From Nitrosopumilaceae archaeon (GTDB taxonomy: Archaea > Thermoproteota > Nitrososphaeria > Nitrososphaerales > Nitrosopumilaceae): a DNA stretch of 64,000 nt. The number at the start of each line of letters is the position of its first letter. Positions within the stretch are counted from its first letter, which is position 1. The translations under genes and the position numbers were made by a program. Below, piece after piece: positions 1 to 10,251 of the stretch. The notes beneath the pieces are model-generated. The model had not been told where the DNA came from, did no database searches, and was given only the letters and a program-made list of their open reading frames with translations. The DNA lies in contig OZ242365.1 of the NCBI GenBank assembly GCA_965208905.1, forward strand, positions 992,001 to 1,056,000, written 5' to 3'.

Positions 1-1
1 G

Positions 2-1246
2 CCTCCAGAAACCCAACCACTTACAACGGACATATTGGAAATGTGGGCCTTGACATCAATTGCACAATATACGTCACGCCCAAACGTCAGTTATTGGTTA
101 CGTGGGAAGGACGACATCAACCCGTCGGAGACACAAATAGCATGGCGAGACGATGTGGAGTACTTGGCCAGAGTTGAACCCGAGCGAATACAGGATCTTT
201 TAGAGTTGTATAGAATTTTACCACATGAAACTGCGCGGGAACATTCCAATACAGTATATGAATTATTAAAAAACCTAACGGACAAAATTGCTATGGCAAT
301 AATAATCAAGTCGAATGGAAAATGTCTGGTGGAAAAAATCCAAGACATTGAGGAGGACGACATAAAGTTTTCAACCATTATACTACCTTGCCGTGTGGGT
401 GGGCTAGATTCAAACGGATTTGTGACCAACACGGGCAGAAAAGTATCTGATGTTGCAGATGATAAGACATATCAAAAAAGAGTTCGAATAATAGTCGTAC
501 ATCATGCGGACGGCTCTGCCCGTGTCATTAAAAATATTTCTGGTGCTAAAATAGACGATGACTTGACTGAGTGGCAAAAAAAGAATTCAGGAATGCACAT
601 TTTAGAACGTATTCCGATAAGCGATCCCGAGGACGAAGGGGAATCTTGTGAAATTCAATATTGGATAAAAAAACCAGAACTACAAATAGCAAAATCTAAC
701 AAAGAGCAAACATTACAGGAACACCACGAAAAAACGGAGAAAGTTTGTAAAAAAATTCTTAAAACGTTATCATTACCAGAACCAATAAAAGAAGCTATAA
801 TGCTGGCAACAAGGTTTCATGATATTGGCAAATCCAGGAATTATTGGCAGAGTTGCATGCATGTTAGTGAAGACAAGCGCCCGTTAGCAAAAACCAATTT
901 TAAAACAGTTCCACTAAATATGTATGGGTTTAGACATGAATTTGCATCAGTTATTGATTGTATGGATCACAAGAAAATACCAGAGCATAATGAAATAGAT
1001 CTCATATTACATCTGATAGCGGCGCACCATGGGTGGGCAAGGCCATGCTTTTTACCAGAAGTATTAAATCATGAGGGCGGCCCTCAAAACAATATTTCAG
1101 AAAGAGGTAAAGATGTCTTTGTGGATGTAATGAGACGCTATCATAAATTACAAAAAAGATTTGGCATATGGGGGTTAGCATATTTAGAAGGCTTGATGCG
1201 CGGTTCGGATTGGCAGGCATCAGACCTTAGCGGTGAAAGTACATGA
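2..1246 (+). CDS. cas3: Type I-G (I-U) Cas3, C-terminal part with C-terminal HD nuclease domain (5' truncated by window edge)
   Basis: Frame open from base 2. HD motifs QTLQEH, FHDIGK, FRHEFAS, HLIAAHHGWARP and WGLAYLEGLMRGSDW lie at the C-terminus, the arrangement typical of I-G Cas3; followed by csb genes. Confidence 0.9.
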   Translation, partial: PPETQPLTTDILEMWALTSIAQYTSRPNVSYWLRGKDDINPSETQIAWRDDVEYLARVEPERIQDLLELYRILPHETAREHSNTVYELLKNLTDKIAMAIIIKSNGKCLVEKIQDIEEDDIKFSTIILPCRVGGLDSNGFVTNTGRKVSDVADDKTYQKRVRIIVVHHADGSARVIKNISGAKIDDDLTEWQKKNSGMHILERIPISDPEDEGESCEIQYWIKKPELQIAKSNKEQTLQEHHEKTEKVCKKILKTLSLPEPIKEAIMLATRFHDIGKSRNYWQSCMHVSEDKRPLAKTNFKTVPLNMYGFRHEFASVIDCMDHKKIPEHNEIDLILHLIAAHHGWARPCFLPEVLNHEGGPQNNISERGKDVFVDVMRRYHKLQKRFGIWGLAYLEGLMRGSDWQASDLSGEST

Positions 1247-1974
1247 AAAGCCAATCTGTAAAAATCGATCAAAAAAACCCTGGACATTTTTTTACATGCT
1301 GTGGAATTCTGTATTGTGCAGATAGGATGTTCAAGGAGGCATACGGACATTTTAAAGAGGAACAGTTCGTTCTAAGTGCAGAATGTTACGAAAAACCCCT
1401 AAACGGCATATTACGAAACTTTCAACAATGCCAGTCTGAGACCATAATAGAACCTGATGGTGATAATTCTGACGCGCCACTATGCTTGAAAAGCATTCCA
1501 ACTAGGCTTGACTTTTACAGTCATTTTGACAATAGACCCAAGATCAAGCTATTTGCAGGACAAGAAAAAATCATGGACATTATAATGCGTTGGTTTACCT
1601 ATATAAAAAAATGGGACGGTAGGAACATAATCACACTACAAGATCTGGAAGAGATGAACGTGTCATCTGGGTTTGACACACACACATCGTGGAATTCACT
1701 AGACGTTGGCTTTTCGCTTAATCAACAAAAGATGCAACGACGTTCATATCCGCTGGTAGAATTTTTTGCGCATGTTGGGGCTCAGACATATAGTTGGAGT
1801 AAAAATGGGAATACATTCCAATACCAGATGTGGAACACTCCGCTTCCACTTGCGGTTGCAAGAGCAGTTGGAGCTGGTGCGATAAAGATGTCTAATACAA
1901 AATGTTTTCAATTTAAAGCAGAAAAATCAGGTCAGAAACAAGTTTTAAATAGTTCATACGAAGTGAGTGGATAG
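1243..1974 (+). CDS. csb3: Type I-G large-subunit-like protein (Csb3/Cas8g, short form)
   Basis: N-terminal NPGHFFTCCG motif, LDVGFS..YPLVEFFAHVG and W..PLP motifs; lies between cas3 and csb1 with overlapping start/stop. Confidence 0.7.
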   Translation: MKSQSVKIDQKNPGHFFTCCGILYCADRMFKEAYGHFKEEQFVLSAECYEKPLNGILRNFQQCQSETIIEPDGDNSDAPLCLKSIPTRLDFYSHFDNRPKIKLFAGQEKIMDIIMRWFTYIKKWDGRNIITLQDLEEMNVSSGFDTHTSWNSLDVGFSLNQQKMQRRSYPLVEFFAHVGAQTYSWSKNGNTFQYQMWNTPLPLAVARAVGAGAIKMSNTKCFQFKAEKSGQKQVLNSSYEVSG

Positions 1975-3016
1975 CATGGTTACTGATAAGGATATTAATG
2001 CATGGATAGACGGTAATGCTTCAGCCCTTGTTTTGCGAGAATATCTCAAACCAGTGGAGGGGGATCAGACGCCATTTTTTCCTCCTACATTTGCAGGAAC
2101 AGGTCAGGACGGAAGCGATTATTGCATAGACACTATGCGTGACGGAACTATGGTATGTTTGGTTGACACAGTAGGATCTCAGGCAAATCGGATGGAACCC
2201 GTATTTACACAGCAGCCATACGATGCACTCATTCCACAAATTACAATAAAGGCCCATAACGAAACAATAAATCTATGTGAGGTGGGGCACAGAGTTGCTG
2301 ATGCATTCTTGAAGAATTCTTCAATAAGCGATCTAATTGACAGTGCTTTAAATGCTCTGAAAAAAGAAAAGGATGCAACTAAATTGGCCAAGGTGGCACC
2401 CACTTCATTGGTCTTTGGAGTATGGGATTCTCGGAATACTCAGGTGAAAATGCCAAGAATTATCTCATCAGTGATAAGAGCTTATGACGTTGATGTTCTA
2501 AGTAGATCAGCGCAATACTTCCCTCCTGTAAATTATAGAGAAGAAAATATACTTGGCGAGAGCAAGGATAAGAAAGAAACCAATGCGCGTTCTGAACTTG
2601 GCTACAACGAGATCCCATCAACAAACACACACGGTGGAATAATTTCACATGGCCCCATACAAAGAGACACTGTTGTAAATTTTGCGGCGTTACGAAAGAT
2701 CAGGGCATCTGATGAAATCCAAACCAAGACATTGCAGGCATACATCCTAGGCCTCACACTTGTTGCCGCATTATCTATCCGGGAGTGGAATCTCAGGCAA
2801 GGTTGCTTGTTGACAATAGATCCGGACAGAGAAAAGCCCACTTGGAATTTAGTGTACCCTAACGGTGATCGAAATAAGGTCGATTTGAGCCAAAAAACCG
2901 TTCTCAAATATGCACAAGATGTTGCTAACAGATTCGGTATCGGTGAAAACAAAAAGGCCTCATTTGAGACAGAAAAGGCAAGTAAAGCTATAAAGGAAAA
3001 GATAAAAAAGAAATAA
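1967..3016 (+). CDS. csb1: Type I-G Cas7 backbone (Csb1)
   Basis: Motifs FFPPTF, DTVGSQANRME, HRVADA, PTSLVFGVWDS and LRQGCLL. Confidence 0.92.
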   Translation: MDSMVTDKDINAWIDGNASALVLREYLKPVEGDQTPFFPPTFAGTGQDGSDYCIDTMRDGTMVCLVDTVGSQANRMEPVFTQQPYDALIPQITIKAHNETINLCEVGHRVADAFLKNSSISDLIDSALNALKKEKDATKLAKVAPTSLVFGVWDSRNTQVKMPRIISSVIRAYDVDVLSRSAQYFPPVNYREENILGESKDKKETNARSELGYNEIPSTNTHGGIISHGPIQRDTVVNFAALRKIRASDEIQTKTLQAYILGLTLVAALSIREWNLRQGCLLTIDPDREKPTWNLVYPNGDRNKVDLSQKTVLKYAQDVANRFGIGENKKASFETEKASKAIKEKIKKK

Positions 3017-3025
3017 TAACTGCAA

Positions 3026-5086
3026 ATGTTGCGACAAGACACATTCAAACATCAGAACAAGTCGCCACATCTGGTTTTACGGGTTCGTTTTTTATTAAAC
3101 AGATATCATGGGAGTGAATATCCTCCATCCCCACGCAGGCTATTCTTAGCATTTGTATCTGCACTATACCAAAGTACATACCTGCGCATAAACGAAGACG
3201 CTGGAGAAGAAGCACTACATTTTCTAGAAAAACTACAACCGCCAACAATTCATGCGCCGTATCACCGCGGTTGTAAATACACCATATTTGTACCAAATAA
3301 CGACATGGACGTCATAAGTAAAAATTATGCTAGGGGGAAAGGATCGAATTATGATCCGAAGAAACTTACTTCGGGCAAAAAAATGAATCCGCACATAGTT
3401 GACATGATACAGTATTCTTGGAAGATTGGAAATGATAGCAGGAGTGAAAAATACGTACGTGTGTTGTCTCAACTGGCGCAGGAGATACCAGTGTTAGGCC
3501 TAGGCATAGATCCAGTATCTGTACACGGTGATATTGTAGATGGCACACCCTATCTGCAAAATGTAGAACAATATGTGGCAGATGAAAATACGGGTGAAAT
3601 GAGAATACAAGTTCCACAGCCCGGGCTTTTAGAAGATGCCAAGAGACATCACCATGAGTTTTTGAACAGAATTGATGGAGATCTGTTTCGTAAACCAGCA
3701 CCCATAACGAAATATCGTGAACAGAGATACAGTAAGCACAAGCAGCTTACAAAGATAATCGTTTTTAAGGTAACAAACAGTGATGCCAAGCTACGCCTCA
3801 TACCAAACAATAACCTGCCCACCCTTATCAAAAAATTCAGAGATAAAATGGGCTTAAAAGACAGTCAATCGATTAAAACTGTCGCGCTTCCAAGCATAGG
3901 GAGCAAGTACGCAGATGCAAGAGTACGCAGAATTGCAATCATTATGCCCCCCAATAATACTGGAGCTGGTGATGACTTGCATCGTAGACTTCGTATACAA
4001 AAACTTCATGTCGGTGGGGAGAATTACGATATAGAACCAATTCAAGACACGGATGGCGTTTATAGATTTTATGACCGGCCATCTAAATTATGGCGTACTG
4101 TTACGCCAGTAGATTTGAAACTCCCAAAACATTTCACGCGGCAAGATGTCACGCAAAATATCTTAGATCTCCTGCGTGTTGAAAACATTAGTGAACATGT
4201 GACCTTTATAAATTTCAGAAAAGAGCCGTATTGGAACGGACTTGCAAAGTCGTACAGTGACACTTCACTACATGTTGAGTTGGAATTTAAGATGCGTGTC
4301 AAAGGACCTTTTCTCATAGGGCAAAACCAGCATTTAGGGAACGGATTGTTTGCGCCATCAAATATGCCGAAGGTGGCATATTTTACGATCCTTGGAGAAA
4401 AACCCCGAATAGAAAAGACCATGCACGTAGCTACCCTGATGCGCAAATCAGTCATGTCCAGGATTGGAAAGGCGTTTGGCGATGAAGCAATTCCGTCATA
4501 CATATCCGGTCATGATGGCCATGGCAGAGCCTTGCGTGACAATCATAAACAGGCGTTTTGGCTACCAGTAGACACTGATCATGACGGGTTTATTGACAAC
4601 ATAGCCGTATTTGTGAAAGATGGGTTTGATAAAAGCATACAAAATTCGTTCTACGGAATAAGAGAGTTGAACAACGGTAATGACTTAAAACTTGATGTGT
4701 CTTTTAGAGGGTTTTACAGCAGAGAAGATATTGAAAAGAAGTGTGATTTGTTCAGTAAACAAAATAGCTGGAGATCAGGTACTCCGTATTTTATGCCATG
4801 GCACGAAAAGAAAAAATTTGGAAGAAATGAACAGATTGAGAAAGAGTGCAAGATGCGCGGTTTTGATTATGTTGGTGCTGGAGATTACATCATTAATCTT
4901 AACAAAAAACCAATTCAAATCAATAGGTTTTATAGCAGACATAACAAATTAAAGCCCATTAACCATCTTGGAAGCGCGTTAAAGATACACTTCAGCAATC
5001 CAACCAGAGGGCCCATATCCTTAGGGTTTGGTGCTCATTTTGGACTAGGAATGTTCATTCCCGACAATAACTTGGCCAGATCATAA
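3026..5086 (+). CDS. csb2: Type I-G Csb2 (Cas5-Cas6 fusion), long form with two Cas6-like modules
   Basis: N-terminal YHGSEYPPSPRRLF and FVPNND; two G-rich loops, GPFLIGQNQHLGNGLF and GPISLGFGAHFGLGMF. Confidence 0.88.
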   Translation: MLRQDTFKHQNKSPHLVLRVRFLLNRYHGSEYPPSPRRLFLAFVSALYQSTYLRINEDAGEEALHFLEKLQPPTIHAPYHRGCKYTIFVPNNDMDVISKNYARGKGSNYDPKKLTSGKKMNPHIVDMIQYSWKIGNDSRSEKYVRVLSQLAQEIPVLGLGIDPVSVHGDIVDGTPYLQNVEQYVADENTGEMRIQVPQPGLLEDAKRHHHEFLNRIDGDLFRKPAPITKYREQRYSKHKQLTKIIVFKVTNSDAKLRLIPNNNLPTLIKKFRDKMGLKDSQSIKTVALPSIGSKYADARVRRIAIIMPPNNTGAGDDLHRRLRIQKLHVGGENYDIEPIQDTDGVYRFYDRPSKLWRTVTPVDLKLPKHFTRQDVTQNILDLLRVENISEHVTFINFRKEPYWNGLAKSYSDTSLHVELEFKMRVKGPFLIGQNQHLGNGLFAPSNMPKVAYFTILGEKPRIEKTMHVATLMRKSVMSRIGKAFGDEAIPSYISGHDGHGRALRDNHKQAFWLPVDTDHDGFIDNIAVFVKDGFDKSIQNSFYGIRELNNGNDLKLDVSFRGFYSREDIEKKCDLFSKQNSWRSGTPYFMPWHEKKKFGRNEQIEKECKMRGFDYVGAGDYIINLNKKPIQINRFYSRHNKLKPINHLGSALKIHFSNPTRGPISLGFGAHFGLGMFIPDNNLARS

Positions 5087-5345
5087 GATAACTGCCGACT
5101 TTACAAAAAGGGTTACGTACTACCATAACATCTCTGCGACTATCCTGCCTCTGGGCCGCCTCCTTGGCATTCCCTATCAGCAAGAAAACTGCCGAGATGC
5201 TCCTTTATCGCATAGATCCTGGCAAGAGTCCAAAATACTTGAATCAACAATGATGAATCCACACCGGGATGCCACTTTATCAAATAGTCCTAGCAAGAAG
5301 CGATATGAGCTGTATTGGATATCCAAAAAGTTACACCTAGCTAAT

Positions 5346-5367
5346 AAATTTAGCCTAGGCTAAATTT
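5346..5367. promoter_or_regulatory. Perfect 22-bp palindrome AAATTTAGCCTAGGCTAAATTT abutting a TATA-like box; putative DtxR/MntR-family metal-regulator operator
   Basis: Palindrome seen directly, followed by TTTTATATA and 30 bp upstream of the multicopper oxidase-ZIP operon. The regulator family is inferred from resemblance to DtxR-type boxes. Confidence 0.6.
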
Positions 5368-5396
5368 TATATACCCATACACCACACACAGAATCA

Positions 5397-6410
5397 TTGA
5401 ATATATCCCGCACCCATCTGATGGCCGCATCCATAGGAGTGTCGTTTGTCATATTTGCCCTTCTTATAACGCCACATAGTTCTACTGCAGTAACTGAGCA
5501 AACATTTGTTACTCATTCAGGCGCCGTAATAAGTACCACCGGCGAGGTACTAGACCCACTATACACAGAAGCGACATTTGAGTTTGACCCAGACAAGTTC
5601 TTGCGCAACTTTGAGTATGGCCGCGTAACCATACAGCCGGATGGCACCACCCTACGCGAATACACTATAATAGCTCAGGATGACCAGATACAAGAGATAT
5701 CGCCCGGCGTATTCTATAACGTGTGGACCTATAATGGGACTGTACCTGGCCCAACCATACGTGCTACCGAGGGCGATACAGTACGAATACACTTTATCAA
5801 TCAGGGCTCAAAACAACACACCATGCACTTTCACGGCATACATCCTGCAGAGATGGATGGCGTCTTTGAGATTGTAGGTCCCAACGGTGGGCAGTTCACA
5901 TACGAGTTTGAGGCCGGACCCGTCGGAGTCCACCCGTACCACTGCCATGTTATGCCCCTTGAAGAGCATATAATACATGGACTGTATGGTGTCTTTATTG
6001 TAGACCCTATACAAGGCAGGCCAGCTGCAGATGAGATGGTCATGGTACTGAACGGCTTTGATACTGACTTTGATGGCGAGAACAACTTTTATGCTGCAAA
6101 TACCATCCCCTTCTATTACCAACATCACCCAATACAGATATCACTAAATCAACTAATACGAATATACGCAGTAAACATGGTGGAGTTTGATCCCATAAAC
6201 AACTTTCACCTACACGGAAACCTATACCACTACTACCCCACAGGTACTGATACTGTTCCATCCACATACACAGACATGATCACGCTATCCCAGACTGAGC
6301 GTGGGATACTAGAATTCTACTACTCCTATCCGGGCCAGTATGTATTTCACGCACACAAAGTAGAGTTCTCTGAGAAGGGCTGGGTTGGAACATTTCTGGT
6401 CTTAGATTGA
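5397..6410 (+). CDS. Two-domain multicopper oxidase (NirK-like/MCO family)
   Basis: Copper motifs HTMHFHG, YHCHVMPLEEHIIHGLYG, NFHLHGN and FHAH; N-terminal signal/TM segment. Confidence 0.88.
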   Translation: MNISRTHLMAASIGVSFVIFALLITPHSSTAVTEQTFVTHSGAVISTTGEVLDPLYTEATFEFDPDKFLRNFEYGRVTIQPDGTTLREYTIIAQDDQIQEISPGVFYNVWTYNGTVPGPTIRATEGDTVRIHFINQGSKQHTMHFHGIHPAEMDGVFEIVGPNGGQFTYEFEAGPVGVHPYHCHVMPLEEHIIHGLYGVFIVDPIQGRPAADEMVMVLNGFDTDFDGENNFYAANTIPFYYQHHPIQISLNQLIRIYAVNMVEFDPINNFHLHGNLYHYYPTGTDTVPSTYTDMITLSQTERGILEFYYSYPGQYVFHAHKVEFSEKGWVGTFLVLD

Positions 6411-7540
6411 GCCCTAAAACACTGGCAGGCGCCATCATACCATTCATACTGATTACCATACTTGTCATATACATAACAGGCCCCGGCTCAGACTATATCA
6501 TAATAGGTACACCACTACCTGAAGTGACACTAGAACGTATAGATTTTGTAGAGAATGAAATACAAGTTACCATACGAAATACAGGCCCAATACCCGTACA
6601 GGTAGTCCAAGCAGACGTAAATGACAGAATACAACCATCTGCTATAGAACCTGATGGAAGTTTAGAACGGTTCGAGACAGCATTGGTTCGCATACCATTC
6701 TTCTGGAATGAAGCCGAACCATACAATCTAGGCATAACCATACATGATGGTACGCGCTTTGAGAGGGAAGTAGCTGCTGCCTCGCCAGCCGTCACACCCG
6801 ACATTCAGACAACGACAAAATTTGCACTGGCAGGCGTATACATAGGTGTAATACCTGTATTCATAGGACTATTGTGGCTGCCCTTCATACGAAAATTAGA
6901 CTCTAAAAAATTGGGATTTTTTCTGGCCATCACAGTGGGCCTCTTGATATTTTTGGGAATTGATGCCATACAAGAGGCCCTTGAGGTATCAAAAGAATCT
7001 CTGGCAGGCTCCATCAACGGACCATTACTGATACTGGTTGCAGCATCGGGCGCATTTCTTGTATTGCAGTATATATCCGGACGATTCTCATCACATCGCA
7101 CAAAGATAACGGCAGCCATTCTAGTCTCCATCGGTATAGGTTTACACAACTTTGGTGAAGGGTTGGCGTTGGGGGCCGCGCTAAATTTAGGCTCGGTCGC
7201 ATTCTCTGCATCTTTGATGGTCGGCTTTGCCATACACAACACCACCGAAGGAGTGGCCATAGCCTCACCACTATCCAGACAAAAGAACATACTGCCAAAA
7301 TTAATCATATTAGGCATGGTGGCAGGCGCTCCAGCCATACTTGGCACATGGGCCGGCGGCTTTGCATACTCGCCCATTTTTATAGTAGCATTTTTGGCGG
7401 CGGGGGCTGGCGCAATATTTCAGGTTGCAATCGCAATATCTCAATGGATGTTAAAAGATAACACATATCACTCATATCAGATATGTGGAGGCATATTCTT
7501 GGGTATGATAATCATGTATGCAACTGGTATACTGGCATAG
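6407..7540 (+). CDS. ZIP-family divalent metal transporter
   Basis: GIGLHNFGEGLA and HNTTEG signature helices; multiple TM segments. Confidence 0.88.
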   Translation: MSPKTLAGAIIPFILITILVIYITGPGSDYIIIGTPLPEVTLERIDFVENEIQVTIRNTGPIPVQVVQADVNDRIQPSAIEPDGSLERFETALVRIPFFWNEAEPYNLGITIHDGTRFEREVAAASPAVTPDIQTTTKFALAGVYIGVIPVFIGLLWLPFIRKLDSKKLGFFLAITVGLLIFLGIDAIQEALEVSKESLAGSINGPLLILVAASGAFLVLQYISGRFSSHRTKITAAILVSIGIGLHNFGEGLALGAALNLGSVAFSASLMVGFAIHNTTEGVAIASPLSRQKNILPKLIILGMVAGAPAILGTWAGGFAYSPIFIVAFLAAGAGAIFQVAIAISQWMLKDNTYHSYQICGGIFLGMIIMYATGILA

Positions 7541-8124
7541 GTTCCTCCCGCAAGGACGGGTGTTGGTTGATGTGTGTTGGATAATGTTAAATACGTAATT
7601 AAACCGTACTGTATAGTGGCATCAGTAAAAAATAGCAGGGCAGTAACACGTCCATACGCAAAAAATTTGGGCATGCAACACGTGTTTGAGCATGGCAGAA
7701 GGATGGGAAGTTTGGACGCAGCTTACGTCGCAGATTACATTCTGCCATGATGCGAAAGGCATCGGATTTAATTTATGAAAAGTCCCAATTTTTGGGAGTG
7801 GAGGCACTACATATGCGTCCACACAACACATCCAAGTTGTGTGCTGCATGCAGAACCATATTAACTGGAACTTATCATAAAAAAGACTGCACCCACTGCC
7901 GTACAGTTGGCGTAGATCGTGACGTCAACGCAGTGGAGAACATACGGCGAACAAGCGCCGTATCCCGATATGGTTCGTAAGGTTTCGGCCAGTCTGGGCG
8001 AAGTCCGTCGTGGTGTGGATGTAATACTCGATCCCACACCACTCATACAGGGTTGCTGGAGCAACTGGGCCGACAGACTATCCCGCGTGGTGATGTGACA
8101 TCACCCGACTTTGCGGGAGGAACC
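7540..8124 (+). mobile_element. Non-autonomous IS6-like TIR element carrying a deleted tnpB
   Basis: Perfect 14-bp TIR GGTTCCTCCCGCAA (7540-7553 / 8111-8124); 8-bp TSD CTGGCATA (7532-7539 / 8125-8132). Confidence 0.9.
7690..7980 (+). pseudogene. tnpB: TnpB C-terminal remnant (Zn ribbon + RuvC-III)
   Basis: KFGRSLRRRLHSAMMRKASDLIYEKSQFLGV...HNTSKLCAAC...CTHC...DRDVNAVENI; N-terminus absent. Confidence 0.8.
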
Positions 8125-8175
8125 CTGGCATAGAATCATGTTTTAATTATATCATATAATCACGTATAGTATAAC

Positions 8176-8973
8176 ATGATAGATACTACCACCAAATTAA
8201 ATGATCATACAGTAAGATATCTGGATTCAAACTCAAACAAACAACCTGTTATACTACTACATGGCCTTGGTGGCTGCTCTGACAAATGGAAGTCTGTCAT
8301 AGATATACTATCTGCATCGTATCGTGTAATCGCACCAGACATCATAGGATATGGCCAAAGTGACAAACCTGTCGTAAACTACACTCCCACATACATGGTA
8401 TCGTTTGTAAAAAAGTTCATTACAGCAATAGATATTGAAAATCCACACATAGTGGGCGCCTCTCTAGGTGGGCAGGTGGCAGTACAATTTGCCGCCCGAT
8501 ATAAACAGTACATGTCAAAATTAGTATTGGTATCTCCTGCCGGCATAATGAAGCGCTCAACTCCTGCCTTGGATCAATATATTATGGCTGCATTATATCC
8601 CCGCGAAAGCAGTGTATCTCACGCCCTGCAACTTATGGAGGGTAGTGAAAGACCGCCATCTCAAACACTCATTCGACTATTCATGACTAACATGAAGCGT
8701 CCCAATGCAAAGATGGCTTTTATGTCTTCACTACTCTGCTTTAAAAATTCCAATACAATACACAGACACCTAAAGAAGGTAACGACTTCCACCTTGCTGG
8801 TATGGGGGGACGATGATCCTATAATCCCAGTATCATATGCTGGCAAGTTTACATCCGTACTACCAAACTGTACATTTACAACAATCCCTAATTGCGGCCA
8901 CACACCCTACGTTCAATATCCAGAACACTTCTGCAAGATACTCTCTGACTTTTTTGCCACACAAAAACACTAA
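8176..8973 (+). CDS. Alpha/beta hydrolase
   Basis: LLHGLGG, GASLGG nucleophile elbow, WGDDD and CGHTP. Confidence 0.9.
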   Translation: MIDTTTKLNDHTVRYLDSNSNKQPVILLHGLGGCSDKWKSVIDILSASYRVIAPDIIGYGQSDKPVVNYTPTYMVSFVKKFITAIDIENPHIVGASLGGQVAVQFAARYKQYMSKLVLVSPAGIMKRSTPALDQYIMAALYPRESSVSHALQLMEGSERPPSQTLIRLFMTNMKRPNAKMAFMSSLLCFKNSNTIHRHLKKVTTSTLLVWGDDDPIIPVSYAGKFTSVLPNCTFTTIPNCGHTPYVQYPEHFCKILSDFFATQKH

Positions 8974-9000
8974 TTTGGCCACATTACAACATCTAAACAC

Positions 9001-10251
9001 TTGACACTTCCTAGAGGTATGAAGGACATACCATACATAGAGACTCAAAATATACGATATATACAATCAAAGTTTGAGGTACTCGCCGAATCATACGGTT
9101 ATGACACAATACATCCCTCACCACTAGAGTTGCTATCCACACTAGAGACAAAGTCCGGCGAGGCCATCAAAGATGAGATATACGAGTTCCAAGACAAGGG
9201 CGGTCGACACGTGGGATTGAGATTCGATCTTACCATGGGCATAACAAGATGCATAACTACTGATCGCTCTGCATCATTACCATCAAAGATATCTAGTTTT
9301 GGAGGTGTCTTCAGATATGATGAACCCCAAAAGAATCGTTATAGATACTTTCATCAGTGGGATATTGAAGTGTACGGAAGACCTCACATATATCAGGATA
9401 TCGAAGTAATAGAGTTTACAGCGCGCTTCTTTGAGTCACTACCACTACAGGTAACCATACATATGAGCCATCGTGAACTTGTCGAGTCTCATATATGCCA
9501 TACCTTTGGCGCTACACCACATAGTGATGTTATACCCGATATGCTGCGCGCCTTAGACAAGATGCAAAAGAGATCCCGCACCGATATAGTGGCGGAGTTT
9601 GCCAAATATGATGAATCCAAACTAAACTGTATACTTGATATGGCATCCCTACACGGTACACCTGAACAGGTTGAACCAGAACTACCATCTCATATTGTAC
9701 ACCATCCAAAATGGCTACATCTCAAAGATGTAGTATCATCATTATACAATATAGGTATACACAACATACAGATAGACTTTGGTATAGTTCGAGGATTAGA
9801 CTACTATACTGGCATGGTCTTTGAGGTGTTTGGCAGTAATGATACGGCCCTGGCAGGTGGTGGAAGATATGACTCTCTACCTGGTGCCTTTGGCCGTACA
9901 GATATGGGTGCGGCAGGCGTAGCCGGTGGCGTTGAGCGCATAATATCCGAGTTGAATCGTAATGTACAAAATACATACGATGTGGCCGTAATCTATACTC
10001 CTGATACATACGATGTGGCCTCCAAACTGGCCTCTACACTACGACAGAAAGAGATGCGTGTCCGCTTTGATGTATCTGCCCGTTCGCTTAAAAAGCAACT
10101 ATCTATATCCTCACAGGACTGCCGCTATGGTATTATCATCGGCCCCTCCGAAGTCAAGGATAACACCGTAATACTGCGAGACATGAAACTACGAACACAG
10201 CATACAATACCATACGCTGAGGGAATTATCTACCTTACTGAACATACGTAA
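9001..10251 (+). CDS. hisS: Histidine--tRNA ligase (last codons supplied by inserted element)
   Basis: LPRGMKD, LRFDLT, FRYDEPQKNRYRYFHQ, VRGLDYYTG and GGGRYD. Confidence 0.95.
   Translation: MTLPRGMKDIPYIETQNIRYIQSKFEVLAESYGYDTIHPSPLELLSTLETKSGEAIKDEIYEFQDKGGRHVGLRFDLTMGITRCITTDRSASLPSKISSFGGVFRYDEPQKNRYRYFHQWDIEVYGRPHIYQDIEVIEFTARFFESLPLQVTIHMSHRELVESHICHTFGATPHSDVIPDMLRALDKMQKRSRTDIVAEFAKYDESKLNCILDMASLHGTPEQVEPELPSHIVHHPKWLHLKDVVSSLYNIGIHNIQIDFGIVRGLDYYTGMVFEVFGSNDTALAGGGRYDSLPGAFGRTDMGAAGVAGGVERIISELNRNVQNTYDVAVIYTPDTYDVASKLASTLRQKEMRVRFDVSARSLKKQLSISSQDCRYGIIIGPSEVKDNTVILRDMKLRTQHTIPYAEGIIYLTEHT

Noticed and set aside
5087-5330. Possible CRISPR array or leader after csb2 (short CCT.GCAAGA-like motifs)
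   Set aside because: Motifs are ~10 bp, degenerate and irregularly spaced; no repeat-spacer periodicity.
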